DNA of 64,000 bases from an uncultured Gammaproteobacteria bacterium (GTDB lineage Bacteria > Pseudomonadota > Gammaproteobacteria > DRLM01), in assembly GCA_963729605.1 (NCBI GenBank), contig CAVSNY010000006.1, positions 128,001-192,000 on the forward strand, written 5' to 3'. The translations under genes and the position numbers were made by a program. Each line of letters opens with the position of its first letter. Position 1 is the first letter of the stretch. Under the pieces are notes generated by a model that worked only from the letters and a program-made list of their open reading frames with translations, searched no databases and was not told the DNA's origin. This document shows positions 52,636 through 63,847 of this stretch, in pieces.

Positions 52636-54135
52636 TCAATACGCCTCCAAATCAGCGCCTTTGACGTCCAGGGAATGCCGCCAGAATTGATCCTCGCGTT
52701 CGAACAGCCGGTAGGTGCCGCGCGGTCCCCAGGTGCCCGCCGCGTAGGTGTTGATGAAGTCCCGTTCCATGGACCACACCTTGACGATGGGATCGACCAC
52801 CCGCCACGCCCACTCCACTTCATCGTAGCGCAAAAACAGCGTACGGTCGCCCTCGATGACGTCGAGCAGCAGATCGCCGTAGGCATCGAACTCATCATCG
52901 CCTTCATGGCGGTAACTGGCGTCCAGGCTGGTGGTGCGGGTGCGCATCTCCAAGCCCGGCACCTTGACCTGCAATTCCATGCGCAGGCATTCCTTGGGTT
53001 GCAGGCCGAGCAGCATCCAATTGGGCCGCGACTGCTCGAGCGGCGTATTGCGGAACAGGTGATGCGGCGGGTGTTTGAAACGGATGTTGATCGCCGAGGC
53101 GCCCTCCGCCATGCGTTTGCCGGTGCGCAGATAAAAGGGCACACCCTTCCAACGCCAGTTGTCGACGTACAACTTCACCGCCGCGTAGGTCTCGGTGGTG
53201 CTGCGCGGATCGACGTGTTCTTCCTCGAGATAACCCGGCACCATCTGGCCGTTGACCATGCCCGGCGTGTATTGGCCGCGGAAGGCGTGGGCGTGCACGG
53301 CGTTTTGGGTGATGGGGCGGATCGATTTCAACACTTTGACCTTTTCGTCGCGCAGCGATTCGGCGTCCATCATCGCCGGCGGCTCCATCGCCACCAGGGT
53401 CAGCAGCTGCAATAAATGACTTTGGATCATGTCGCGCAGCGCGCCGGCGCCCTCGTAATAATCGGCGCGACCCTCGATGCCGAGGGTCTCGGAATGGGTG
53501 ATCTGCACGTGGTCGATGTATTGGCGGTTCCACACCGGCTCCAGCAGCAAATTGGCGAAGCGGAACACCAAGACGTTTTGCACGGTGCCTTTGCCGAGAT
53601 AATGGTCGATGCGGTAGATCTGGCTTTCTTTGAGGTGTTTGTGCATGCCCTGTTGCAGAATCTGCGCGCTGAGCAGGTCGTAGCCGAAGGGTTTCTCGAT
53701 CACCACCCGCCGCCAGCCGCTCTGTTCGTTGAGCAGGCCCACCGTGCCCAGCCGCTGAATGGATTCGCCGAAATCGCTGGGGCGGATCGCCATGTAAAAA
53801 ATCATATTGCCGGGGAAGCGCGGGTCGTCGTTCAAGGTGGTTTTCAGATTCTCCACCGACGCCTCGTCGTGGAGGTCGCCCTGCAAATAATGCAGGCGTT
53901 CCTTGAAACGCGCGAAGGTCTGCGCGTGGAAATTCTCTCCCCATTTCTCGCGCAGCATGCCCGCCACCTCTTCCATCCATTCGTCGCGGCCCCAGGGCCG
54001 GCGGCCGAAGGCGACGATCACCATCTTGTCGGGCAGGCGGCCCGCCTCTTCCAGTTGAAAGAGCGAAGGCATCAGTTTGCGGCGGGCCAAATTGCCGGTC
54101 GCGCCGAAGATCACCAGACTGCAAGGCTGCATCAT
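52636..54135 (-). CDS. zwf: glucose-6-phosphate 1-dehydrogenase
   Basis: [35 protein letters not shown]. Confidence 0.97.
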   Translation of the reverse strand: MMQPCSLVIFGATGNLARRKLMPSLFQLEEAGRLPDKMVIVAFGRRPWGRDEWMEEVAGMLREKWGENFHAQTFARFKERLHYLQGDLHDEASVENLKTTLNDDPRFPGNMIFYMAIRPSDFGESIQRLGTVGLLNEQSGWRRVVIEKPFGYDLLSAQILQQGMHKHLKESQIYRIDHYLGKGTVQNVLVFRFANLLLEPVWNRQYIDHVQITHSETLGIEGRADYYEGAGALRDMIQSHLLQLLTLVAMEPPAMMDAESLRDEKVKVLKSIRPITQNAVHAHAFRGQYTPGMVNGQMVPGYLEEEHVDPRSTTETYAAVKLYVDNWRWKGVPFYLRTGKRMAEGASAINIRFKHPPHHLFRNTPLEQSRPNWMLLGLQPKECLRMELQVKVPGLEMRTRTTSLDASYRHEGDDEFDAYGDLLLDVIEGDRTLFLRYDEVEWAWRVVDPIVKVWSMERDFINTYAAGTWGPRGTYRLFEREDQFWRHSLDVKGADLEAY

Positions 54136-54137
54136 TT

Positions 54138-55052
54138 TTATTCTCCCGCCTTTTTCACGGCGTGACCGCCGAAGGCGTTGCGCATCATCGACAGCAGACG
54201 ATAGGGATAGCCCTCCTTATCCTGGCTGGCGAAACGCATCTGCAAGGCCAGGGTCAACACCGGCGTCGGCACGCCCTGTTCGATGGATTCCTGCACGGTC
54301 CAGCGTCCTTCGCCGGAATCCGCCACATAAGGCGCGACGCCTTCGAGCTTCTGATCGTGCTTGAGGGCCTCGGCGGACAAATCCAGCAGCCAACTGCGCA
54401 CCACTGAACTGTGGCGCCACAACTCGGCGATCTGGGCGAGGTCGAGATCGAATTCCTTTTTACCGCGCAACAACGCGAAGCCTTCGGCGAAGGCCTGCAT
54501 CATGCCGTATTCGATGCCGTTGTGGATCATCTTGGTGAAATGGCCGGCGCCCACCGGCCCGACATGGGCCCAGCCGCGATCGGCGGCGGGGGCGAGTACT
54601 TTCAGGAAGGGGATCACGTGTTTCACCACCTCCGGCTCGCCGCCCACCATCAGGCAGTAACCGTTGGCCAGACCCCACACGCCGCCGGAGGTGCCGGCGT
54701 CCATGAAACCGATGCCGTGCTCGGCGCACCACTTGCCGCGGCGTTCGCTCTCGTGAAAATTGGAATTGCCGCCGTCGATCAGGACATCGCCCCTGGCCAG
54801 CATGGGCATCAATTCCCGGATGGCCTGTTCGGTGGCCTCGCCGGCGGGCAGCATCAGCCATACCACCCGCGGCGCCTGAAGCTTGTTCACCACATCGGCC
54901 AGCGAAGTCGCGGCGATCATGCCCTCTTCGGCGACCAGGGTCCGCACGATATCCGGTGAACGGTTATAACCGATGACTTCGACCCCGCCCCGGCACAGAC
55001 GCCGGGCCATGTTGCCGCCCATTTTCCCCAAACCAATTATCGCTATGCGCAT
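54138..55052 (-). CDS. gnd: short-type decarboxylating 6-phosphogluconate dehydrogenase
   Basis: [38 protein letters not shown]; ~304 aa. Confidence 0.94.
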   Translation of the reverse strand: MRIAIIGLGKMGGNMARRLCRGGVEVIGYNRSPDIVRTLVAEEGMIAATSLADVVNKLQAPRVVWLMLPAGEATEQAIRELMPMLARGDVLIDGGNSNFHESERRGKWCAEHGIGFMDAGTSGGVWGLANGYCLMVGGEPEVVKHVIPFLKVLAPAADRGWAHVGPVGAGHFTKMIHNGIEYGMMQAFAEGFALLRGKKEFDLDLAQIAELWRHSSVVRSWLLDLSAEALKHDQKLEGVAPYVADSGEGRWTVQESIEQGVPTPVLTLALQMRFASQDKEGYPYRLLSMMRNAFGGHAVKKAGE

Positions 55053-55249
55053 AAAATTCCTTTCTCCTTGCGTCGTGTCCCGCGTTTCGCCGCGCGGCGG
55101 GTCTTCACTATATCGCCACCAAGGTGCTACGCCTTTAATTCCGGCGCTCGGCGCCGAGCGCGCCATCTGTTTGGTATGTTAAGGTAATCCGCCTCATGGT
55201 TTATATGTTAGGCGTTTTCCCGTCAGTCTGCTGTTAAGGAAGGACCCCC

Positions 55250-56746
55250 GTGGCCAAAACCGCATCGCGCCCCGTGAAAAAAAATAAAAAAATCCTGTTT
55301 GCCGCCAGCGAGGCCCATCCGCTGATCAAAACCGGCGGCCTCGGCGACGTGGCGGGCGCCCTGCCCGCCGCGCTGCACGACTTGAAGCAAGATGTGCGCC
55401 TCATCCTGCCGGCCTACCGCACGGCCATGCAGGACATCGGTGAACTGAAAGTGGTGAGCCTGCGCATGCAGAACGATCCTTATCCGCTGCGGCTATTGGA
55501 AGGCAAAATGCCCGGCAGCGGCCTGCCGGTGTGGCTGGTGGACTCGCCGCGACACTTCGACCGCGCCGGCAATCCCTATCTCGGCGCCGACGGCCGCGAC
55601 TGGCCGGACAACGCCGATCGTTACGCGCTCTTCGCCCGCGCCGTCAGCGCCGTCGCCCTCGATCAAATGGGCCTGGCCTGGCAACCCGACGTGGTGCACT
55701 GCAACGATTGGCAGACCGGCTTGGTGCCGGCGCTGCTGTCCCTGGCGCCGACGCGACCGGCCAGCGTCTTCACCATTCACAATCTGGCCTATCAAGGCGT
55801 GTTCGCGGCGGCGGACTACCGGCGCCTGGGCCTGCCGGCGGAGTTGTGGTCGGTGGAAGGCCTGGAATTTTACGGCCAGGCCTCGTATATCAAAGGCGGG
55901 CTGGCCTACGCCGACATGATCAACACCGTCAGTCCCACCTACGCGGAAGAAATCCGCACCCCCGCCTTCGGCTGCCGACTAGAAGGACTGCTGCAACGCC
56001 GGGCCGAGCGGCTGGTAGGCATACTCAACGGCGCGGACTACCGGGAGTGGGACCCGGAACAGGACCGCCACTTGCCGCATCACTACAGCACGACGTCCCT
56101 GCAAGGCAAGGCCGCCAATAAAACCGCCTTGCAGCGGGAGCTGGGCCTGCCGCGCGCGCCCGAGGTGCCGCTGATCGGCCTGGTCGGCCGCCTAGTGGAA
56201 CAAAAAGGCGTGGACTTGGTGCTGGCGATCCTGCCGGCCCTGCTGCAACAGCCGGTGCAGGTGGTGATACTCGGCAACGGCGATCCGGCCTTCGAAACGG
56301 CGCTTACCGCCTTGGCCGGTCATTATCCGCAACGTTGCCAAGTCAAAATCGGTTTCGATGAAGGGCTGGCCCATCGCATCGAGGCCGGCGCCGACCTGTT
56401 CCTCATGCCCTCGCGGTACGAGCCTTGCGGGCTCAATCAAATTTACAGCCTGCGTTACGGCACCCTGCCGGTGGTGCGGCGCACCGGCGGGCTGGCCGAC
56501 ACGGTGACCGACTGGAGCGCGGGCACCGAGCGCGCCACCGGCTTCGTCTTCGACGAGGCCACGCCCGCCGCCCTGCTCGATGCCCTGCTGCGCGCCGTGC
56601 GGCTTTATCGCGATGATCCCGCCGGCTGGCGGCAGGTCATCGGCAACGCCATGGCCCGCGATTACAGTTGGCGGCAGAGCGCCAAGGCCTACCTCGATCT
56701 TTATCAGCGGGCCATCGCGCAGGCGGGGGCAGGCAAACTCTCATAA
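55250..56746 (+). CDS. glgA: glycogen synthase
   Basis: KTGGLGDV, HCNDWQ, TIHNLAYQG, PSRYEPCGL. Confidence 0.97.
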   Translation: MAKTASRPVKKNKKILFAASEAHPLIKTGGLGDVAGALPAALHDLKQDVRLILPAYRTAMQDIGELKVVSLRMQNDPYPLRLLEGKMPGSGLPVWLVDSPRHFDRAGNPYLGADGRDWPDNADRYALFARAVSAVALDQMGLAWQPDVVHCNDWQTGLVPALLSLAPTRPASVFTIHNLAYQGVFAAADYRRLGLPAELWSVEGLEFYGQASYIKGGLAYADMINTVSPTYAEEIRTPAFGCRLEGLLQRRAERLVGILNGADYREWDPEQDRHLPHHYSTTSLQGKAANKTALQRELGLPRAPEVPLIGLVGRLVEQKGVDLVLAILPALLQQPVQVVILGNGDPAFETALTALAGHYPQRCQVKIGFDEGLAHRIEAGADLFLMPSRYEPCGLNQIYSLRYGTLPVVRRTGGLADTVTDWSAGTERATGFVFDEATPAALLDALLRAVRLYRDDPAGWRQVIGNAMARDYSWRQSAKAYLDLYQRAIAQAGAGKLS

Positions 56747-56821
56747 ACCGGTATAATGCCCGCCTTCGCGTCCCCGCCGAGCGGGGACACTCGCCGGCCA
56801 ATTAAAAATCAGTGAAGTGAA

Positions 56822-59608
56822 ATGAGCGACAAACAACTGCGCGCGCGCGTCAAACTGTTAGGGAAAATTCTGGGCAATGTGTTGCGCGCCCAGGCCGGCC
56901 ATCACGTTTATACCGCCGTGGAAGCGTTGCGCCGAGGCTATATCAGCCTGCATGAACAAGACAGTCCGCACAAGCGCGCGCGTCTCGACAAGCTCATCAG
57001 CAAACTCGACCCGGACACCCTGACCCACGTGGTGCGCGCCTTCAGCACCTATTTCAGCCTGGTGAATCTGGCGGAAGAGGCCTATCAGCATCAACAGCGC
57101 TACGCGCAGATCCGCAAAGGCGGCCCGCTGTGGGTGGGTTCCTTCGACCACACCTTGCGCCGTTTTCACAGCCAAGGCATCAGCGCCGAACAATTACAGA
57201 CCCTGCTCGATCAATTGTTCTACATGCCGGTGTTCACCGCCCACCCCACCGAGGCCAAACGCCGCACCATCATGGAGGCGCTGCGCCGCATCTTCCTCAC
57301 CAGCGAGAAACTCGACGACCCGCGCATCGGCAAGGAAGAAGAGGCGCGGGTCATCCGCGAGCTGGAAAGCGAAATTCAAATCCTCTGGAAGACCGACGAG
57401 GTGCGCGCCAACCGGCCGCAGGTGAGAGACGAAATCCGCAACGGGCTGTTCTATTTTCAGGAGAGCCTGTTCGACGCCGTGCCGCGTTTGTATCGCGGCC
57501 TCGAAAAAGGCATCAAACGCATCTACGGCGACGACGCCGGCGCGGCGGTGCGCGTGCCGAGTTTTCTGCGCTTCGGCTCGTGGATCGGCGGCGACCGCGA
57601 CGGCAATCCCTTCGTCACGGCGGAGACCACGGTGCTGGCCGTGCGCCTGCACGCGCGCACCGCGATCTTGACCTATCTCACCCGCGTCGCGAAACTGAGC
57701 CGCATCCTCACCCATTCCAGCCTGCTGTGCCGGCCGTCCGACGAATTCATGCGCGGCCTGCGCCGCGACGAGACGTTTTACGCCAAGGCCTTTCACGACA
57801 ACCCCGAACGCTTCGGCAACGAACCCTATCGCCGCAAGCTGTATCTGATGCGCCACCGCCTCGAACACAATCTGATGTTGATCAAGGCCCGCCTGGAAGA
57901 CCGGAACGACGATTACGCCGACCGTTATCGCGATGCCGACGAATTGCTCAACGACCTTTATCTGATTCGCGATTCGCTGACCAGTCACGGCGACCTCGCC
58001 ATCGCCGGCGGCGAATTGCAGGACATCATCCGCCTGGTGGAAACGTTCGGTTTCTTCCTGGTCCGGCTCGACCTTCGTCAGGAATCGACCCGCCACGGCC
58101 ACGCGGTGGCGGACATCCTCGCCCACCTGCCCGGCCAGGCGGATTATCTGGCGATGGATGAAGCGGCGCGGCTCGCGCAACTCGCCGCGCTGATCGCTCA
58201 GGATCAAACACCCGCGGTGGACAGGCACAGCCTGCTGCCGGAGACCCGCGAAACCCTGCAAGTGTTCGAGGTGATGGCGCGCATGCGCGAGGAGGTGAGC
58301 GTCGATGCCTTCGGCAATTACGTGATCTCCATGACCCATCACGCCAGCCACGTGCTGGAAGTGATGCTGCTGGCGCGGATCGCGGGCCTGGTGGGCCGCA
58401 ATCCGCGCGGCTGGTATTGTCACCTCAACGTCACACCGCTGTTCGAGACCATCGACGACCTGTCCCGCAGCGAAGAGGTGCTCGCCACCCTGCTCGACAA
58501 TCCCACTTACGCGGCCTTGCTGGCGGCCTCGGGCAAACAGCAGGAGATCATGCTGGGCTACTCCGATTCGTGCAAGGACGGCGGCATCGTCGCCTCGTCG
58601 TGGAAACTCTACGACGCCCAGCAGAAAATCGTCGCCATCACCACCGCGCGCGGCGTGAAATGCCGTTTATTCCACGGCCGCGGCGGCACCGTGGGCCGCG
58701 GCGGCGGCCCCACCCACGAGGCGATTTTGTCGCAGCCGCAAGGCACGGTGCACGGCCAGATCAAATTCACCGAACAGGGCGAAGTGCTGTCCTACAAATA
58801 CAGCAACAGCGAAACCGCCATGTACGAACTCACCATGGGCATCACCGGCTTGATGCAGGCCAGCCGCAATCTGATCGGCGAAACAGGCACCGACCGCAAC
58901 GACTATCTCGCCATCATGGATGAACTGGCGGCCAGCGGCGAAAACGCCTACCGCAATCTCACCGACCGCACCCCCGGCCTCTTGGATTATTTTTACGAGG
59001 CCACCCCGGTGAGCGAGATCGGCCTGCTCAACATCGGCTCGCGGCCCAGCCACCGCAACAAGAGCAGCCGCTCGAAATCCTCGATCCGCGCCATCCCCTG
59101 GGTATTCGGCTGGGCGCAATCGCGCCACACCTTGCCGGCCTGGTACGGCATCGGCACCGCCTTGGAGAACTGGCGCGCCCATGAACCCGACCGCCTGGCG
59201 AAATTGCAGCGCATGTATCAGGAGTGGCCGTTCTTCCGCTCCATGCTCAGCAATACCCAGATGGCGCTGTTCAAGGCCAATATGACCATCGCCCGGCAAT
59301 ACGCCGAGTTGGTGGGCGACCAGGCCATGGCCGCGCAGGTGTTCGGACAGATCAGCGAAGAATATCAGCGCACCATCACTCAAGTGCTCAACGTGGTGGG
59401 CGCGCAGCGTTTGATGGAGGAGAATCCGACGCTGGCCTTTTCGCTGTCGCGGCGCAATCCCTATCTCGATCCGCTCAACCACATTCAAATCACCCTGCTC
59501 GAACGTTATCGCGACACCCAACTCAGCGAGGCGGAACGGGTGTTGTGGCTGGACCCGCTGCTGCGCTCCATCAACGCGGTGGCCGCCGGGATGCGTAACA
59601 CCGGTTAA
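56822..59608 (+). CDS. ppc: phosphoenolpyruvate carboxylase
   Basis: VFTAHPTE, WIGGDRDGNP, MLGYSDSCKDGG, FHGRGGTVGRGG, C-terminal MRNTG. Confidence 0.98.
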   Translation: MSDKQLRARVKLLGKILGNVLRAQAGHHVYTAVEALRRGYISLHEQDSPHKRARLDKLISKLDPDTLTHVVRAFSTYFSLVNLAEEAYQHQQRYAQIRKGGPLWVGSFDHTLRRFHSQGISAEQLQTLLDQLFYMPVFTAHPTEAKRRTIMEALRRIFLTSEKLDDPRIGKEEEARVIRELESEIQILWKTDEVRANRPQVRDEIRNGLFYFQESLFDAVPRLYRGLEKGIKRIYGDDAGAAVRVPSFLRFGSWIGGDRDGNPFVTAETTVLAVRLHARTAILTYLTRVAKLSRILTHSSLLCRPSDEFMRGLRRDETFYAKAFHDNPERFGNEPYRRKLYLMRHRLEHNLMLIKARLEDRNDDYADRYRDADELLNDLYLIRDSLTSHGDLAIAGGELQDIIRLVETFGFFLVRLDLRQESTRHGHAVADILAHLPGQADYLAMDEAARLAQLAALIAQDQTPAVDRHSLLPETRETLQVFEVMARMREEVSVDAFGNYVISMTHHASHVLEVMLLARIAGLVGRNPRGWYCHLNVTPLFETIDDLSRSEEVLATLLDNPTYAALLAASGKQQEIMLGYSDSCKDGGIVASSWKLYDAQQKIVAITTARGVKCRLFHGRGGTVGRGGGPTHEAILSQPQGTVHGQIKFTEQGEVLSYKYSNSETAMYELTMGITGLMQASRNLIGETGTDRNDYLAIMDELAASGENAYRNLTDRTPGLLDYFYEATPVSEIGLLNIGSRPSHRNKSSRSKSSIRAIPWVFGWAQSRHTLPAWYGIGTALENWRAHEPDRLAKLQRMYQEWPFFRSMLSNTQMALFKANMTIARQYAELVGDQAMAAQVFGQISEEYQRTITQVLNVVGAQRLMEENPTLAFSLSRRNPYLDPLNHIQITLLERYRDTQLSEAERVLWLDPLLRSINAVAAGMRNTG

Positions 59609-59856
59609 TCGGATTTGAGGGAGCGCGGCGCGGAGTTCGCGAAGTGTTAAGACGATCTCGATTCATCGGCGATGGCTTCGATTTGATTTGGCGGTCTGGG
59701 TCGGATTCAGCCGACATCACGATGTCACCTTGATTGTCCGGGTCCGGCCAATAGCGGCGGCCTCCGGGACTTGTTCAATGCAGGGCGGGGTCGCCGCGCG
59801 AAACCCGCCACACGTTGCGCGGCAATGCCTTGCCCTAACGAGCGTAAGGCGGACTG

Positions 59857-59981
59857 GTAGGGCGTCAATAGGCGATAGCCGTATTGCGCCGGATGGAAAC
59901 AAGAACCATGATGGGTGAGTTATGCACGTGGTGAAGGTGGCCTCGCATCCGGCGCAATGCCCTGCGGTTATTGCGCCCTAC
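59857..59981. repeat. GTAG-type REP pair (REPIN-like)
   Basis: GTAGGGCGTCAATAGGCGATAGCCGTATTGCGCCGGATG ... CATCCGGCGCAATGCCCTGCGGTTATTGCGCCCTAC. Confidence 0.75.
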
Positions 59982-60153
59982 CGAAATTTCAAAAGCCCCC
60001 ATCACCTACATTGACGGACTGCATGACAAATGGCAGAGCGCTCCGGCGTTTTATAGTCATCTATGAAACGCGGCCATCGACATATTCAGCGGCATTTTCA
60101 TGCTTGCCCCTTAAAACCACCCACCATTCCACCTATCGAAAGGCCAAATCATC

Positions 60154-60600
60154 ATGTCTACAAACACCGTCCGACTTCACCGTGTGTTGCGTGCGCCGCC
60201 TGAAAGAGTCTATCGGGCGTTTCTTGATGCCGGCGCGATGTGCAAATGGCTGCCGCCGCACGGCTTCACCGGCAAGGTTCATCATTTGGAGGCCGAAGTC
60301 GGTGGCACTTACAAGATGTCGTTCACGAACTTCTCCACGGGTCACAGCCACTCTTTTGGCGGAGAGTATCTCGAGCTGGTGCCCTTCGAGCGCATTCGGC
60401 ACACGGACAAATTCGACGACCCGAACTTGCCCGGCGAAATGCAGGTCACGATATCGTTGCGGCAAGTATTCTGCGGAACCGAGTTGAACATCGTGCAGGA
60501 AGGCATACCCGACGTCATTCCACCCGAGGCCTGTTATCTTGGCTGGCAGGAATCGCTCACGCTGCTCGCGCAACTCGTCGAGGCGGAGATTCCCGCGTAA
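60154..60600 (+). CDS. SRPBCC/AHSA1 family protein
   Basis: LHRVLRAPPERVYRAF, WLPP.GF, GGEYLELVP, CYLGWQESL. Confidence 0.92.
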   Translation: MSTNTVRLHRVLRAPPERVYRAFLDAGAMCKWLPPHGFTGKVHHLEAEVGGTYKMSFTNFSTGHSHSFGGEYLELVPFERIRHTDKFDDPNLPGEMQVTISLRQVFCGTELNIVQEGIPDVIPPEACYLGWQESLTLLAQLVEAEIPA

Positions 60601-60633
60601 CGACCGATCGAAGACGGAACGCCGTAGGGCCGC

Positions 60634-61616
60634 CGAGCGCTATCTGTCTTGCAATCCCCGTTGCGATTTTTTACGAGAGACTGAGAACTGGGGCAAGCAA
60701 TATTCGGTTAGGCACAGGAAAAATTCAGAACAGATACCCTCTCCCGCGGGCGGGAGAGGGATAGGGTGAGGGGAGAGAGGGGAGGAGAATACCCTGGTAT
60801 CGTGACGGCGGTCGTCCGACCACCCTCACCCCTTCCCCTCTCCCGCCCGCGGGAGAGGGGGACGGCGAACGCCTCATTCAAAAAGCGCGAAGATGCATTT
60901 CGAGATAGGTTCTAGAATCGAGCTCGAAATCGGCTGTGAGCATATCCGGCGGGCGGGGTCGCCCATGACGATAGCTTATTTGCTGGCGAGCGCTATCTGT
61001 CTTGCAATCCCCGTTGCGATTTTTTACGAGAGACCGACAACTGGGGCAAGCAATATTCAGTTAGGCACAGAAAAATTCAGAACAGATACCCTCTCCCGCG
61101 GGCGGGAGAGGGATAGGGTGAGGGGAGAGAGGGAAGGAGGATGCCCTGGTATCGTGACGGCGGTTGTCCGACCACCCTCACCCCTTCCCCTCTCCCGCCC
61201 GCGGGAGAGGGGGACGGCGAACGCCTCATTCAAAAAGCGCGAAGATGCATTTCGAGATAGGTTCTAGAATCGATCTCAAAATCGATCGTGAGGATATTCG
61301 ACGGTCGGGGTCGCCCATGACGATGGCTTATTTGCCGACGAGTGCTGTCTTGCAATCCCCGTTGCGATTTTTTACGAGAGACCGACAACTGGGGCAAGCA
61401 ATATTCAGTTAGGCACAGGAAAAATTCAGAACAGATACCCTCTCCCGCGGGCGGGAGAGGGATAGGGTGAGGGGAGAGAGGGAAGGAGGATACCCTTGCA
61501 TCGTGACGGCGGTTGTCCGGCCACCCTCACCCCTTCCCCTCTCCCGCCCGCGGGAGAGGGGGAATGACGCCTCAGTCCGGCTTGGGATTTTTGTTCCAAT
61601 TTTGAGATAGGTTCTA
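60634..61616 (+). repeat. tandem array of ~350-bp MITE-like units (one partial, two complete)
   Basis: Units 60634-60914, 60913-61266, 61265-61616; junctions GAGATAGGTTC-TA-GAATCGA; each unit has two CCCTCTCCCGC..GCGGGAGAGGG hairpins. Confidence 0.9.
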
Positions 61617-61703
61617 GTGAAAATTGAAAGAGTCGCCACCCCGTAAACCAAAACGGCCCTGCGCGGGCCGTTTTCACTTCACCAGGCAAACCACTTCAAC
61701 GCG

Positions 61704-62084
61704 TCACGCGACCTGCGCCGGGATGGCGTTGCTGGTGCGCACCACCAGGTTATTTTCGTCGAGATAAACCAGGATGGGTTTGAAGTTGGCCAGCTCGTGC
61801 TGGTTGAGCACGGCGTAGGTGCAGATGATCACCCGGTCGCCGGGGCGGGCCTTGTGGGCCGCCGCGCCGTTTACCGAGATCACGCCCGAACCCGCTTCGG
61901 CGCGGATCGCATAGGTGGTGAAACGTTCGCCGTTGGCCTTGTTGTAGATTTGAATCTGCTCGTACTCGTGGATGCCCGCCAAGTCCAGCAAGGCGCCGTC
62001 GATGGCGCAGGAGCCTTCATATTCCAGCTCCGAGTGGGTGACCCGGGCGTGATGAAGTTTGGATTTGAGCATCGTGTACTGCAT
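61704..62084 (-). CDS. panD: aspartate 1-decarboxylase
   Basis: MLKSKLH, YEGSC (G-S cleavage site), [14 protein letters not shown]. Confidence 0.97.
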   Translation of the reverse strand: MQYTMLKSKLHHARVTHSELEYEGSCAIDGALLDLAGIHEYEQIQIYNKANGERFTTYAIRAEAGSGVISVNGAAAHKARPGDRVIICTYAVLNQHELANFKPILVYLDENNLVVRTSNAIPAQVA

Positions 62085-62168
62085 AAACCGCTTATCCTCA
62101 ACAGATGGCATCGGCACCCGCCGCACTCGCGGCGGGTGCTTGATCGTTCGACAAGTGATTATGGGGAT

Positions 62169-63029
62169 TTAGTCGGGATTCTTCAATGTCACGGGTAGAT
62201 TATCGATGAGCCGAGTCGATCCGAGCCAGGCCGCCGCCAGGATTATCAGACGCGAATCAGCCGCTTGAGGCTCGGCCAGATCCTCGGCGCGGCGAATGCT
62301 GATGTAATCCGGACGGAACCCGCTCTTGAGCAGCAGCGTGCTGATTCGCGCGCAAAGGGAGGGGTAATCGCGCTCGCCCGCCAGCAAGGCCTCGCCTCCG
62401 CGCGCGAGGGCCTGCTGGAGGGCGGGCGCCCGTTCGCGCTCCTCGGCGGAGAGATAGCCGTTGCGCGAGCTCATGGCCAAACCATCGGGTTCGCGCAGGG
62501 TGGGCATGCCGATGATCTCGATGGGCAAACAGAGGTCGGCCACCATGCGCCGCACCAGCAAGAGCTGCTGATAGTCCTTTTCGCCGAACACCGCGACATG
62601 GGGCCGCACCGCGTTGAACAACTTGGTCACCACCGTAGCCACCCCGGTGAAGTGGCCGGGCCGCGCGGCGCCGCACAAAATAGTGGACAGCTCGGGCACC
62701 TCCACTTGGGTGGTGCGCTCGACTCCGAACGGATATATCTCGCTCACCTCGGGCACGAACAACAGATGCACGCCGCTCTCCGCCAGTTTGAGGCTGTCTT
62801 GTTTCAAGGTGCGGGGATACGTCTCATAATCTTCGCCGCGCCCGAACTGGGTGGGATTGACGAAGATGCTCACCACCACTTTATCGCCGGCGCGGCCGGC
62901 GCGTTTGGCCAATTGCAAGTGGCCTGCATGGAGATTGCCCATGGTCGGCACGAAGGCGACCCGCTCGCGGCGGCCCCGCCATTGATCCACCGTGGCGCGT
63001 AATTGGGCGATCGTGTGTACGGTCTGCAT
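62169..63029 (-). CDS. panC: pantoate--beta-alanine ligase
   Basis: VPTMGNLHAGH, SIFVNPTQF, RPGHF, FGEKDYQQ, RLIDN. Confidence 0.97.
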   Translation of the reverse strand: MQTVHTIAQLRATVDQWRGRRERVAFVPTMGNLHAGHLQLAKRAGRAGDKVVVSIFVNPTQFGRGEDYETYPRTLKQDSLKLAESGVHLLFVPEVSEIYPFGVERTTQVEVPELSTILCGAARPGHFTGVATVVTKLFNAVRPHVAVFGEKDYQQLLLVRRMVADLCLPIEIIGMPTLREPDGLAMSSRNGYLSAEERERAPALQQALARGGEALLAGERDYPSLCARISTLLLKSGFRPDYISIRRAEDLAEPQAADSRLIILAAAWLGSTRLIDNLPVTLKNPD

Positions 63030-63847
63030 CAGTTGAACCCGTGTTCCGGCGCGGGAAAGGCCCCGCTCTTCACCGCTAGTACATAACTCTCCACCGCCGC
63101 CGCCACGCTGCTCTGGCCCTGCATGAAATCGCGGACGAACTTGGGCCGGTGGCCGGGGGTGATGCCCAGCATGTCGTACAACACCAGCACCTGGCCGTCG
63201 CAGGTCGGGCCGGCGCCGATGCCGATCACCGGGATGTCCACCGCGCCGGTGATCTCGGCGGCCAGGGCGCCGGGGATACTCTCCACCACCAGCACATCGG
63301 CGCCCGCCGCCTGCAGGGCTTGGGCGTCTTGCAACATCTGCCGCGCCGCGGCCGGGTCGCGGCCCTGCACCCGGTAGCCGCCCAGCCGGTGCACCGACTG
63401 TGGCTGCAAACCCAGGTGGGCGCACACCGGAATGCCGCGCGCGGTGAGCTGGCGCACCGTTTCGACTTGAATGGCGCCGCCCTCCAGCTTGACCATGTGC
63501 GCGCCGCCTTCCTGCATCAGCCGCGCGGCGTTGCGCAAGGCCTGTTCCGGCGTGGCGTAACTCATGAAGGGCATGTCCGCCATCAACAAGGCGCGCCGCC
63601 GGCCGCGCGCCGCGGCGGCGGCGTGATACACCATCTCGTCCATGGTAACCGGCACGGTGGTCTCGCGGCCCTGCACCACCATGCCCAGCGAGTCGCCGAC
63701 CAGCAGCACCTCGACGCCGGCCGCGTCGAGCAGCGCGGCGAAGCTGGCGTCGTAGGCGGTGAGGCACGCGAACTTTTCGCCCTTGCGTTTCATCTTGCGC
63801 AGGCTCGTGACGGTGACCGAGCCCGCGGGCGAGACCTCGCCGCTCAT
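63029..63847 (-). CDS. panB: 3-methyl-2-oxobutanoate hydroxymethyltransferase
   Basis: [37 protein letters not shown]. Confidence 0.97.
   Translation of the reverse strand: MSGEVSPAGSVTVTSLRKMKRKGEKFACLTAYDASFAALLDAAGVEVLLVGDSLGMVVQGRETTVPVTMDEMVYHAAAAARGRRRALLMADMPFMSYATPEQALRNAARLMQEGGAHMVKLEGGAIQVETVRQLTARGIPVCAHLGLQPQSVHRLGGYRVQGRDPAAARQMLQDAQALQAAGADVLVVESIPGALAAEITGAVDIPVIGIGAGPTCDGQVLVLYDMLGITPGHRPKFVRDFMQGQSSVAAAVESYVLAVKSGAFPAPEHGFN

Noticed and set aside
60706-61416. GTTAGGC in each repeat unit as integron attC core sites
   Set aside because: No matching RYYYAAC inverse core at attC distance, no ORF cassettes between sites, no integrase
60634-61616. CRISPR array, or coding repeat (ORFs 60893-61267, 61164-61412, 61409-61689)
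   Set aside because: Units are ~350 bp with no unique spacers and no cas genes; reading frames are not preserved between units
62169-63767. 532-aa PanB-PanC fusion suggested by the ORF track
   Set aside because: The extension is an off-frame read through panB; panC starts at ATG 63029, overlapping the panB stop
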